Source: Klebsormidium nitens | Taxonomy: Eukaryota; Plantae; Klebsormidiophyceae | Assembly: GCA_000708835.1 (NCBI GenBank) | Contig: DF237138.1 | Coordinates: forward strand, 62,001-126,000 | Direction: 5' to 3' | DNA length: 64,000 nt | In this document: one piece after another, positions 1 through 13,100 of the stretch | How positions within the stretch are numbered: the first letter of the stretch is position 1 | Layout: every line of letters begins with the position of its first letter | Notes under the pieces: model-generated | Database searches by the model: none | Told to the model about the DNA's origin: nothing | Seen by the model: only the letters and a program-made list of their open reading frames with translations | Program-made: the position numbers and the translations under genes

Positions 1-244
1 GTTTATTTTTTTGAAGCGCTGTGTCGAAACAACTTTGCTGTATTTCAAAGCAAAGCTTCTCTCAGCCCGGTTTCCGATTCCCTTTGACAGTAGATTGGTC
101 ATATGGTCAAACCGGAGCAAGAGTTACGCGGCAACCGCCCTAACCCATCTAAGGTTCGGATATTTCGCTATAATTCGAAAACACATCAACGTCTGGACTC
201 CGTTCCTTCAAGCCTCATCATCTCTTTCTCGTGTTGTTCTGCAG

Positions 245-391
245 GAAGCGGTGGACTCGTTCGAGAAGCAGCTCGCAAGTATGAGTGACGTCATTCAGGG
301 GCGACTGAACGCTATCCACGGCGACATGGCGGTCGCCGGGATGTCGCGTTCGACCATTCCGGAAGAAGGGCACGAGGACTTGGACTCTTAG
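245..391 (+). CDS. Probable terminal coding exon of an unidentified gene entering from upstream of the window
   Basis: Acceptor gttctgcag ends at 244. An open frame EAVDSFEKQLASMSDVIQGRLNAIHGDMAVAGMSRSTIPEEGHEDLDS follows to TAG at 389-391, with GC3-rich codons. No family recognised. Confidence 0.45.
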   Translation, partial: EAVDSFEKQLASMSDVIQGRLNAIHGDMAVAGMSRSTIPEEGHEDLDS

Positions 392-720
392 CAAGAGCTG
401 GGTTTGACCGGGTGGGTTAAGTTACTTTGTCTGGTCTTTGCATGAGTGACATCTGCGGAGTGGTCTGCGGGATGTTTCGAGACCTTTTGGGGATTTTGTC
501 GATGCCATGTCGCGTTCGATCATCCCGGAAGGAAGGACACAAGGATCTGCGTTCTCGACATTAAATCCAGGCTTAACCGAGCAGGTCAAGTTTCTTTGTT
601 CGGTCCTTGCAAGAGTCGAGTCCGCGGGGGCTTTGCGGGACGTCTTTTGGAGGGCATGTCTCGCTTCGCCCAATTGGATGAGGAGTTGGGTTTTCAGTAA
701 AACCGGGCTCAACCGAGTGA
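341..720 (+). repeat. Degenerate tandem echoes of the exon 3' end and stop-codon region (3 copies)
   Basis: atgtcgcgttcgaccattccggaagaagggcacgagg at 341; atgtcgcgttcgatcatcccggaaggaaggacacaagg at 507; decayed atgtctcgcttcgcc at 656. Spacings are 166 and 149 bp. Confidence 0.75.
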
Positions 721-3472
721 TTTGAGTTTCTTTCTTTAGTCCTTTCAAGGGAAGACCGCCGGGTGTTTCGCTGGATGCGCAGCTTAGGATTCTCGGGCGC
801 TTTTCAGGGCATTTTGAGACACTGTTTTGAAGGGGACAATCGATGATGCAATCAGTGGTGCGTTTGCAGCCAGACGCAACGATTCTTTGGCCAATGGTTC
901 TCGTGACAGGGAATGAAGACACTTCAATGACAAGCTTCTCGGTTTGGAAAGGAAAGGAGACGGATTTGTTCGATACGTCGCGCTCTCTTCCTTCTACAAA
1001 TGCAGCATTCGAGAGCCTGCATGTTTCAGTACACAGAGCGGATCCGCGAGATGGGTTTGGAAGCCTTTCCGTACCGCCTCGTACGGTTATTTCCGTACCA
1101 GATAGTTTCAAACAGTCCTGCTGACATCAGCGGACGTGCATCCGCTTAAAAAGCACATGAGTTCCGCCACATCCGGCTGATTCGGGCTACAGGACCCGGT
1201 AATCCGAATTCACGTGCCGTTCCATTCTGGCGCACTCACAGCCGACCTGTGTTTGATTTGCAGATGCTTCAAACAAAATGCCCTGCGTTGCGAGGGCGAT
1301 GACGATGACAGGCTATATGACGAGTTTGAGGAGTAGTAACACGGATTCGATTGCTCTGCCATATGTAGACAAATCTGAAGGTCTTGGCCCGCTCTAGTTG
1401 GGAGGTTTGTGACTTCTTTGCTGCTGAGCCCTGTAAAGACGTATATACTCGGCAGCTCTTTGTTGTGGGTCAAGGGATGGGGCTGAAGCTAAAATTTGTG
1501 GTATTGTGCGTCAGTCCCATAAACTTCTTGGTGATTGCTATGCCGTGCTCGATTGTTCAATAACATAGTTTCAGTGCTAGGTGTGTCGCGGGACCAGTCA
1601 GATAGGGTCTCTTGTGTGGGGCCTGCTGCTTTGTTTGGAGGAGAGTGTCATAAACTTCCAGCACAGGTCGAGCAAGTCGAGAAAGTCAAACACCTGAACG
1701 TGGTGACTTGTACCTCCAAAAAGAAGAAAATTTCAGAGACTATAGACTAAGATACTGATGACGGTTTCAAGAAATTAACTTATAACATTGATCGATGACA
1801 TATTTGGGATCTATTCAGTTTCGTTTGGCATTTTGCTCGTTCTCGAATTTGGAGGTTGGAGCAAAGTCGGCAAACCCGTCAATCTGTGTAATTACGAAGG
1901 AATGAGGACACCTCAAATCGACAAAGATGAGGTTTCTATGAGCCACCGTGCAAACTAGGTCTTACGTCAAGTAGTATGGTGGATGGCAATGGTTGACGTC
2001 CACCTTAGGGCAGCCAATGGGCTTTCATGTCGACCCCCTTTCAGTTATCAATGACTTGAGCTAAGGTAACGAGGTTGGTGGCGTACTAACTAAGGGGCTA
2101 GCTTATCTTATCTAAACCTGTGAAAGCAAAGAGCAAAACCGGGCTCAACTGGCAAGCGGATTGCTCCATACATGCGTTCGACCACAAATCATATGACCGG
2201 CCATTTTGGATGAATACATGTAGTTGTCAATGTGTGGTTGAGTCCAAGAATTATACTTATAAGCTGAGCGGCATGTGTCAATCTCGAGAAGGCTCTTGAA
2301 TTCCGACTTCGTTTGTTAACGTACGCAAGTTTAGAGTCTACATGGCCGTCAAGTTGAGCTACAATTTTTCCGCCATCCGGACTACGCAACATGGCATGAT
2401 GTCACTATCATGCTTCTGCAATGAGATGATTGCTGGGGTCCATTTCCGTGTTAGACACGATATACAGTTGCACGCCGACGTGAAACGTCCGAGCAGCTTT
2501 ATTTAATTGCATGTACGTGCACACACTAACCGGCATGCACCATACCACACAAATATCCCAGTTTGTTCAATGTCATGGGTTCTATGTTTTAGAACGACTA
2601 CGTGTACAATATTTTGTCTTTTAAATAAGTGCGCGCCCATATCATGCAACCCGAGACTTCAATCAATAATTGCATGCGAGTTACACCATCACGCTTTATC
2701 CACTTTTGATTGAAAGTTTAAGCATGTACGCGTTGTTCATAAACTAACAGGTGAGTCGATGATCATTTGAAAGATGCTGTCATTGTTGCAAACAGCTTCC
2801 ATCACGGGCATATCATCCAACCGTCGCAACACTGATGGTTTCATGCAATCCATACGCTTGGTTCCATGAAATGACTCGAATCTGAATTACGGTCGCAATA
2901 CAACTAAGCTCGGAAGGTTGGCTAGGGCCAAATTTCTGCACACGAAAGTTGCAGACACTAGCTACGCCACTAACCAAGGTACCATTCGGGCTATATGTTA
3001 AAACGCAAACATGCATGATCGAACGGACTTTATACAGGCTACTTGGCTAGCAAGCAAAGCATTGCGTCCAACCTTTGACTTAGCCAGGCTTATCTTTTAC
3101 CTACTTACCTATACCTCTAGCAAGCTGCGCGGCTTCAACAACTAGCTTAGGCCAGTGCTAGACGACTTCAAAAATACCTACCTTCTTGAGCTTACAAGCG
3201 TCACACGTCATCTAGACCTTGTTTGCAATTGTCAATGTGCCCAACAATCATTATTTGTTGATTCTAGATCGTAGGATACTGATGAATTGGAGTTTATCTT
3301 CTGCTTGGAACCTGATCTTTCTTTACTTACTACTTCAATGTGGCAAAGCGGTGCACCTAAAGACTTTGACCAATGGCTATACAAAAACAACACAATTCAA
3401 GCCCTCGCAAACCAACAGGCAGTGGCTGCAGAAGCTCAAAAAACAACTTCGTATTTAGCCAACAAGGACGTA

Positions 3473-6400
3473 TCACTTTTGCAACTCTTCTCCGTTCGCA
3501 AGGAAAATCTCCCTGACGGGGCCCTTGAACCACTTCCGAGCATCAATGATCCACCATCCTCCAACAACAATGACGAGCGCCCCAATAGTGACCGGTGCAT
3601 AGTTCAACCTGCAGCACAAAGGACGAAGCTTACGTCCTACCGTGCAACACAATTAGTAATGGCTTCCCATATCACTTGAGTCCAGTCAACCTATTGTCCA
3701 TAAGTCCTTGAGCTAAGTTTCACCGGAGATCATCATTGAGCCTAAATAAATGTCGATGCCGGAGCCCCCTTGAACGCTTCATAGCAGACTGCAATGCAAG
3801 AAAGGTCGGGTCATGAAGAGTCATCTCAAAATCTTGTTGCGAAGCGGAAAAGCTCGACTCTTCCTCTTGGCAAAAGTGATGCGTTCGGATCCTCACGTGG
3901 TCGAATTGATGGGGTACGTGGTGGGCAGTAGGAAGACCGCGCAGGTGTAACAGATCCACAGGAAGCCCACAAAGCAGATGGGCCGGCTAAATTTGCCTAA
4001 GGAAAAGGGGCCCGGTTGGAAGCGAGCCCCGGGGATTATCATGCGGAAGAAGATAGGCACTCCGTAACCCCCCATCTGCAAAAATTGACAGGGTACTCAG
4101 TTGAAGATAAGTTGGGGACGTCAAAAACTTGCCAATGCTCTTCCTTGCAAAAACCATGGCCAAAAGATGGTCCGGAAACATTGAGAACCAAAGACCCCGC
4201 CGTGCTAAGAAGACGCTAGAAAGCAGGGTGCAAAGCTACAACTCCGTTTCGTTTTTTTCAAAACTACCTTCGGCACTTTCGCGAAGGGTTCGACGAGGAT
4301 ATATCGGGACCCTATCGGGTTGGCAGGATTGTTGAGTCAAAGAGACTCAAACTAACTTCGATGCCAAAAAATTGCAAGAGTTTGGGTGAACCGTTGCTCG
4401 AAACCACCAGGAACGTAGATTGTTTGGTTCATCCTTTTCGACGATCGCAACATTCGTTCACTGTTTGACAAGCGATGACTACCAGACGGATGTCAGTACG
4501 TGCGGACGACTTGTTTCCACTCGCGGTGGACACTAGTTAGGAACATGACAGAGGAGCAAGATACAAAAGCTCTGTCGCGTCCAAAGCTCAAATCATCCAA
4601 GAGTGTACTAGAGGACCTCTCAGTAGGTTCCAAGACGTGTGAAAATATGTTTGAATGATTCTCACCCAACCAATAGTGGCAACGGAGGTGATGGCGCTGA
4701 AGACCACATTGAGCTTCAATATAGGAAGCCCCAGAAGGCACGCAATGAAAGCGGTGAGCCAAACGGCGTTGACCGGGACCTTCAACCGGGGGTGAATGCG
4801 GCGCCAAATGAAGGACCCGGGGATCCCGCCATCACGGGAGAAGGCATACACCTGGCAAACAAAAGTTGTCAAATGGTCGGACGAAGCAACGGAATTATGA
4901 GGTACTCACTGCTAACAAGCCCCTGTACATAAACTTTGAATGTTGGGAGGACAGATTTGATATTCTGTTGTCTCAACGCTCGACTCGACACCAAGTGATC
5001 TCTTCCAAGAACTCCCACCCAGATAGATCCAATGATCGCTTTGGATACGCCCTAGGCGCCCTGCTCGCGGCATCGACTAGACGGCCGGCGTGAGCTAAAC
5101 TTGATCCCCTCTTTGACCTTGACTTTACTTCACCAAAGACGTGCATCGAAGACAAGAAAACGGACAGGCCCAACGCTTCGGCCAATACAAGGTCCACATC
5201 CAACCACTTTGCGGCCCTATGAAGTAAGTTTGTAACTAAAGCTTTGGGTCGAAGAAGGGCAGGCAGCTTACCACTCGGGAGGCGCTGGTCATGATGCTGA
5301 GGCCGCCAAAGAAGAAGGACGAGAAGATGACAAATAGCAGCACAATCGCCCCCGCCGAATTGCCGAAGCGTCCGTGGAAGACATCGTACAAGATTTGTCC
5401 GGGGGGAAAGCTTCCTGCAAAATTAAGAGGGCAGTTAATAAGTAAGCCGAGCAATGTGACAAAGGAGTTATGTAAAAGGTGGGAGCCAAGAGATTTTGCA
5501 GGACTGTTGCGTCGGGAGGGACTAAAGTCTATGCTTCAAGACCGTCGAGAAGCTACGAGGATTGCGAAAAGATCCGAGCCACTCACGTACAAAGCAACCT
5601 CCAAACCCTCCCCCAGTTTCACTTGGAAGGTGCTGTATGAGACCATTCCAGATCCGAATCCCGTCAATCAAAACGGCAGAGTATCTTCACGCGGAATGTT
5701 AGGCCTTGCCTCGACCAAGAAGACTGCTGAGAAGGGAAGAGAAGCAGGGAAAACAGAGGGGTCAAGCCAATGAGCGCGGACGAGAGTAGGAGCGAGCCCT
5801 CCTTCCGAAACAGGCATCTCGTTTACTGAAAAGAGGCTTGTGACTCAAGTTCCACTTTTCCTTACCTAGCTTTGATCCGTTTGTTACCTGTCTTCCTTCC
5901 ACGGAACTGAAACTTTCAGAAAGCGGTCCCTTGAACCTCTCCTCAAAACTTGGAACCGCAAAGCTGCGCACCTGCCGTCTCGTTGTTTGGATCGAAGAGA
6001 TTGCTTGCGTCCCCTTGGATGCTGAAAGTCAGGCTCAGGAGAAAGGCGAATCCCAATGTTACAATGATGCCAAGGCTCGAAAGAATGGCAATCGGCCCGT
6101 TGATATCGGCCCTCGCGGTTTCTTCCGTCAAGTGCGCGGCCGCGTCGTAGCCTGCAAATGCAGAGATGCAGTCGAGTGTGTTGAGTGACGCCCAACTTTG
6201 GATCCTTATGAAAAGTAGATGAAACTTGAACAAACTTAACTGAAGTAACTCTAGCAAGCAGAGAAACGCCTTGCTTGGTGAGACCTCTTCCAACGCCCGA
6301 AAACTTATTGGGTCGGTGAGGTGTGGCTTTCTCAAAAGGCCCTTAGGATGGCCCTTTCTCATGCGTGACATTTATTAAGGACCTAGTGCACAGATGAGGC

Positions 6401-9267
6401 TTTGCTAAGAACGTGTCTCAACTATGATCTATGAGTGTCTTAAGAAGGGCCTTCCTAGCAACAAAAAGCTCCTAACAAACCCTCTGACCGCCTTTAGTTA
6501 CACAAGTGCAGCAACTGTACAAAGAGGCCTTTGGTATTTTGCGTGTCTCAAGGGGACGAGTGTAGACAGCTAGCACATCAGATTCGCCTGATAGACCAAC
6601 CCGCCTTTTTCCAAATGCAACAAGCACACACATATTCCTCAACCGTGGTTGGAAGGCAGTAACGCAATAACAAAGAATGCTCACCAAACAACGCGTAGTG
6701 GCTCATAAGCACCGACAGGATGAACGAGTACGCTTTTGACGTCACTCCGGTAGTCTCCGAATTCGTCACAAAGTTGCCAAACACATAGGATGCCGTCTGC
6801 CGTGTCGGAGCCACGAGCGGCAGCATAATGATCATCACCACTGCTCCGGTGATTTGCAAAAATAAGCTGATCACGTCCAGATACGCTATGATTTCAATCG
6901 CAAAAGTGTTGATCACCGCCCATATGAGCGTCAACCCAATATACATGGCGACAAAGATGCCCTTGGGAGCGAAATAGCCTCCCCCAATGTTGTTTCCGGT
7001 TAGAAGTAGGATGATGATTTGGAGCACTTGCGCCCCAGGGTAGGCTTGTGTAGCCACCGCAAAAATGAGACCGACGGTTTCCAACCACGCAGTTAGCCAA
7101 GAGGCGAGGGGGCCCCATACGGGGCCTGCCAGATGGGCGGCCCAGAAGTAGAGAGACCCCGTAGTCTGCAACAAAGGAAGTTCAGTGGCTTACAGGATGC
7201 AAGAGAATCTGGTTTATGTGGGGGCAGCGGGGTCACACAAAGGTACAAGAAGTGCCTCTGTAATGACTAGCCTAGGCAGCATAGTCTGGGTAATGCACAA
7301 GAACGGGTTACCAATCCTAGCAGTCAAGGCTGAGGCAAGATCCAATCTGGATTTAGAATCATCACCTCCCATCGCTTTTGCTCCAGCTCAGGACCGGGCG
7401 CCAAATCGAATAGACGGTGAAATGTTGTTCAAGTGACAAAGTAGTTGTATCAGAGCAATGAAAGGCAACACCTTTTTCTGAAAGAGGAAGCAACACTCAG
7501 ATTGCCGGCTGAGTATACCGGATTCATCACTTGAAACAGCGGGACTGCTATACGCAACTGGCACAACACCTTGCAAAGGTCGACCGTGCTACACCCACGA
7601 ACTAATGGATCAACCACCAGATGTGCTTTGTCACTGCCGGTCAACGCAACCAAAGTCTCTCTTCCAAACGCGCAAAATCGGCACACCACTCACCGGGAAT
7701 GACGAGCAGATCTCTGCCATGGCGAGCCCCACGAACATGACGAAGAACGAGACGATGACCCAGCCCCAGATAACGCCCACCGGCCCCCCGTTGAGCAGTC
7801 CGAAGCCATACAGCGGAATGATCCCGGTAAACAGCGTCATGGTTGAGAAGGCAATCGCCAGCAGCTTGAACATGCTCTGCACAGAGCCGGGTTAGGCAAC
7901 TTAACCACCTTATAATTTGTAGCACACCTGTCCCGGCTCATGATGCTGAGACATGTGCAGCGTCAAGATCAGTATAATGTAGGATCAACAACCTTAAACT
8001 TCTTTCTAGGAAGAAGCAGGGGGCTTCCCCTAGACGATAGACTCTATGCGACACTTATTACCACCCTGATCATGCGGCCTACATCCAGGATCGGTCCTTC
8101 AACCTGTCTCATGATTTGACGCAGACCTTTCAAACTTGGGGATTAGACCACAACAATTGTTTGCTTGCCCTTTCTTCTTTGATGTAGAAGTCTTGCTTAA
8201 AGGAAGTTTGAGATCGTCATTCCAGAGCCTGGAATGCCATTGGGATGTCTTGATGAAGCCAGGAAAAGAAAGATGTGACAAGCACCGTCAATTACGCTGC
8301 CAGAGAAGAGAGGGTGAACACCCCCACCAACGAGGTGGACAAAAAGGTATCAAGCTCACCAGCTTTCTATTGAGCTCCTGCTTGTAACCTGCAACATGCA
8401 ACAGAGTGCGGTCAGTCACAGCATTACCACTGATACAGCCACAAGTTTCTTCAACGCCCTTATTGAACCAGGTTAGAGCCTACTCACTAACTCCCATCAG
8501 TAGAATCCAGCGAGCGCGGTCTAATCACTAAGGCTTACTGGCGCCCTTGCTGGATAAAGATGCCAAGCAGAACAACCAGGGATCTTTGTACCGGAACAAT
8601 AAACCACAGATGCATAGCAAACAATTGTTTTTATCCTTCTTTGAGATTCAAAATAGGGTGCCTTTCATATTAACCGCTATCCAACCAGAAGAAAACCGAC
8701 AAAGACACCGTTAGGAGGTGAGACTACACCCACATTACCGGTTTGCTTGCAACTTCCTGGGTTTGCCTAACTACATTACCGACTTGCTTGCAACTTCCTA
8801 ACATGTATATTTCCAACAAGGAAAATCCGCAAAAGTCCGCCAAAAAAAAGAAGAGGTGCAAGAGCTTCAGATCCACGTCCCTGTCCACAAAGTGAACCGA
8901 CGGGGGCTCATCTTTCAATAACTTTAAAAGCAGGGAATTCACAGAGAAGACCGAAACAGAAGTCAATTGTGATCAGTAAAAGATTTCTCTGTGATTCAAA
9001 CGAGCAAAAGGAGTACTGACACAGAGGGACTCCATGTGGCAGTTAACAAGCCACGCTGCCATACACAATTACTGACAGCTCCAGACCGAAGGAGAAGGCT
9101 GATCCAAGAACAACTAACTGAGAATGCTAACCTACAAGAGCGCATACTCGGAATCTGCGAGACTCACCCAGCTCGTTCAGCCGCCTCTCTCCCGAGTCGA
9201 TAGCGCCGCCCTCCGGCTGCTGGACAACACTGCCGCCCTCCATCAGAAGCGGCCCGGCTGGAGCCAT
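3473..9267 (-). CDS. BAT1: APC-superfamily amino-acid permease, BAT1/GABA-permease type, 538 aa, 9 exons
   Basis: complement(join(3473..3608,3897..4075,4666..4851,5272..5414,5972..6151,6685..7165,7694..7876,8360..8388,9168..9267)). All introns are GT-AG and phases are consistent (1617 nt). Family motifs: DSGERRLNELGYKQEL, GGPVGVIWGW, MAEICSSFPTTGSLYFWA, GYDAAAHLTEET, VYAFSRDGG, F.PGPFSLGK, LNYAPV, DARKWFKGP. Many hydrophobic transmembrane segments. Confidence 0.93.
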
Positions 9268-10115
9268 TCTGCAGGGGCAAAGAAGCGGATCCTGCCCTCA
9301 ACGCTAAAAGAGGGGCCCAGGCTGATCTGCTGATTCAGTGATGGTCAATGTGGGGAAGAAAAACAAGATGGAATTGTTCCAGGAACATCAAAGGCATCAT
9401 ATTATCATTATGATCATTGCAACAATAATGCTCGTGGCATTGGGTGAATTGCATGCATGCACACGTGGCAGTTCTGTTTGTATAATGTACTTGGCACGGC
9501 CGTACTTGCACTACGGCACAATGCCGGCCTCTGTGCCGGCCACTTTCTATCCGCACCGGTTTCCTGTCTGTGCCTGCCACCAGCTCGGGGTAATGTGACC
9601 AGGGTACTCTACCGGCCGTTTTCATTTCCTGACCGATACGCCAGGGGGACGCCAGCACCGCAACTCTTGGTCAACGCAACCAAATAGCAAATGTAGCGGC
9701 GCAACCTCAGCTACCTACCTACTACGTAATAGGGAGCTGTTCAAACTTCAATTCAGAGGACAAGGCTAGAATTCAAGAGTGCCACTGTGACAGTGCTGCG
9801 CTTGCGGTTTCGCTCTAGCCTGGTATCTGCTGCATGCTAGAAGAGGTATACTTCTTTTCATCTAAAAAGGGTGGTGCACACGATGATTACTGATTTGACC
9901 ATCTAGCGGCAACAGGTTTGTTCTCCAAAGCAGTCTGCTGCCGTTCTGTGTTGACACCCTTTCGTACGTTTGAAGCTGGCAAAATCACACAGGCACTACA
10001 TTATCAGCTTTCGGATCCTCGAGGTGAAGTTGCACCCAGTTCAGAAGCTTTTTTGACCTTTGCGAATCATACCACCTCCAAACAAGGCCTTGCAGAAGCT
10101 CAGGACACAGCCACC
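9268..10115. promoter_or_regulatory. Divergent (bidirectional) promoter region between the permease and the PLP enzyme
   Basis: The ATGs at 9267 (-) and 10116 (+) point away from each other, with 848 bp between them. Positional inference only; no TSS data. Confidence 0.5.
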
Positions 10116-13100
10116 ATGAGCGGCGAGCCCACTCCAAAGGAGGAAGGCCCCCAGCGACAGGGCCTCTCGCTGGCGACGCTGGCGACCCACGCAGGGATCC
10201 CCCGAAAACCTCTGCTAGCTGGGGGGCAGGATTCTGCTCAGAAGAAGTCTCACACCCTCCCACAGAACGCCCATGTGACCCCCCTGTTTCAGACCACTGT
10301 GTTTGACTTTGACTCCGTCCAAACGGCGGCGGACCAAGTGCTTCGCCAAGGTGTGTACTTGAGTTATTCTGAGTGGTGGTAAAAAGTGGCGCTGCCTAGA
10401 ATCTTTGCATTTGATACACCTTTGCACGTCCCATTCTGCATGTTTGGAATTGCCGCTTGTGCTTGCTGTCTTCAACCATTGCAAACCTTGAAAGAGTGCA
10501 TTACAAGTGTTCCACCCTATGCTGTACATATTGATTGCGATTGAGAAGTGAACCCATGCAGCGTCTTCAAGCTTCTGCCAGTTGTGCCCTGAGTCCAAAT
10601 CTTACTCTGCTTACAACAGCTGATAGAGCTGAGTTTGACTATCTTCACAGGTGCTTATGAGTACGGCCGAGTTGGACTCCCAAACCCACATGAACTAGGC
10701 GCGGCGGTTGCGGCACTAGAGGGGGCAGATGAAGGGGTGGCCACATCGACAGGTGGGTTTGGTTCCCATGAGGCTAGGCTTGTGTCTGGCTCCTGAAGTG
10801 ACTCTTTTGCCGGTTCTGGTAGGACTCACCATCTGAAAGAGGGCTGCGAAAGCGGGGGCTTTTACGATGTTCCCAAGCCTTGTTACCTTCTAAACAAGTA
10901 GGTCTTTCCAAATTCGAAAGGGGCAGAGGCGGGGGGCCAGAAGAAACTGGCAGGATGGTTTGAGCAGGGCTCGTTGATGCCACAATCAACTGTTTGGTTG
11001 AGCTTGCAAAACAGGACAATGCTTGTGGTGAGAAGCCCTTTAGATGGGGGTGGAGAGAGAAGGCTTTGGATTGTAATACAGGTTGACAGTGCCAAGTGAT
11101 GTTGCTTAGTAATCGGATGTTGCTTAGTTATCGGACAAGCTGCTGTCAAAGGCTCTTATTTTCAATGACGATTCCCAACCTGGATGGAGATAGTGTCAGG
11201 GGCAGCCGTAGATACAATGTCTACGACGACACTTGGCAATGGAACCCCAAGCCCGTATCCTCTGAAAGTCCTCACAACCAACATCCAATGTTACATCAAG
11301 TCGACTGTAGCCTTTCTCTTTCCAGGCATGGGTGCTATCGTTGCACTGCTGTCGCATTGCGTTCGGGGGATCCTGTGGTCGCGCAATATAACGTCCACAG
11401 CGGCACTTTCCAAAAGCATTTCAAGCGTGTAACCTGAATGATCTTTCTTACCTTACAAACAGAATTGAGCCTGATGTTGATCCGGGTAATCGCTCCTTTC
11501 GGGAATGGGCGCAATTTCTGCCGCGCTGCTGTCGCACCTGCGCTCGGGGGACGTCGTTATCGCGCAGTACAACGTCTACGGCGGCACTTTTTGATGCTTT
11601 CCATAGCCCGTAAACCTGATACTCTACAGACATGAAGAAAGCCTGATACTGATCCGGGTTTTCACTCTTCCCAGGAATGGGCGCAATCTCCGCCGCACTG
11701 CTGTCGCACCTGCGCTCGGGGGACCCCGTGATTGCGCAGTACAACGGTTTTCCAAGCCCGTAACCGAAGTCCAATTCCTACAGCCAAAAGTAAGCCTGAT
11801 GTTGATCCGAGTCTTCTTTCTTTTCAGGAATGGGCGCAATCTCCGCTTCGCTGCTGTCGCACCTTCGCTCGGGGGACCTTGTCATCGCGCAGTACAACGT
11901 CTACGGCGGCACGCTCGAGTTCCTCGAGCACGACCTGCCGCGCTATGGCGTCACGGTCCTCTTTGAGGACGTCAGCAACCTGGCGCGCGTGGAGGAGATC
12001 CTGATTGGCGCCGGAAGGTTGGATTCCGCACAGACTAAAACGTCGTTGAAAGAGACGCCCAAAACGAGTCACAGTGCTGACGTCAGCTCGAGCAACGGGG
12101 ACCACAACGGGGCAGAGAAGGCAGACGTCACTGCTGATGAAGTGCTCTCAGATAGGGGATCAAGCAGAGAAAAGCCCTCGTTTTTCGACGGTGGATTGAG
12201 CCAGAACGGGAAGCGGCCAGCTGTCAACAAGCCTTGCAAAGTGGTGATCTTTGCAGAGACGGTGTCGAACCCGCTGCTAGTTGTCACGGACATCCGCGCT
12301 CTTGGTGAGCTGTCCAAACGAGCGGGGGCGGTCTTGATGGTGGACCATACGTTTGGGACGCCCCTCCGATCGCGCCCGCTAACAGAGGTGAGGCTGTTTG
12401 TAAAGGGACGCCAGATTGGAGACAGCTCTATTTAAGAGCTGCTTGCTTTGATGAGAGTCAACACTCGAGACCCGCTGTGAATGTAGAGTTCGCCAACACT
12501 GCTTGGTAGTGAAGAACGTACACGTCTCATAGGAAGCTTCGTACGGAACCTCTGTTGTAGTCCTGTAGGATTGAAACACGTGATGCTTCTTGGATTGTTT
12601 GACCTCGAAAATATTGGACCTTGACTTGACTGAATGACTTGTGCTGATGCCGACAGGTTGCTTGTAGTTCATGTCTGGCTATTTGTGAAAGAGTGTTTTT
12701 GAGGGGAGTATAAGTACGCCCGGTCTCCGCCCGATTGCGGAGCTTCGAGAAAGACAAGAATTGTAAAGAAACATGGGGCTTGAAGAAGCAGATCAAGTCG
12801 GATATACAGTCGTAGGCTAGAGTGCACGTTCCGCAGTCGAGTAAGATCAAGGTTCCTTTAGCGACAGCATCGTCGATTAATCATGTTGTAGAGTTCGGAC
12901 GAGCAGAGAATCTGCCTGCGGGTTTGACTGTTGAAAGCAGAGAATCTGCCTGCGGGTTTGACTGTTGAAAGCCTTTTTGCCAAATCTCAAGTTTCAACTT
13001 TACAGGGCGCGGATTCGATATTCACAGCATTGGGATGCATATCAACCAGATTGCAGCCACACTTTGATTGACAGCACTGCCGTTCAGACCCTGCGAAACT

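Noticed and set aside
843-1124. 93-aa ORF MMQSVVRLQPDA... as a coding exon
   Set aside because: It lies downstream of the apparent stop at 391, with no motif and no clear splice signals. It is probably 3'UTR or intergenic.
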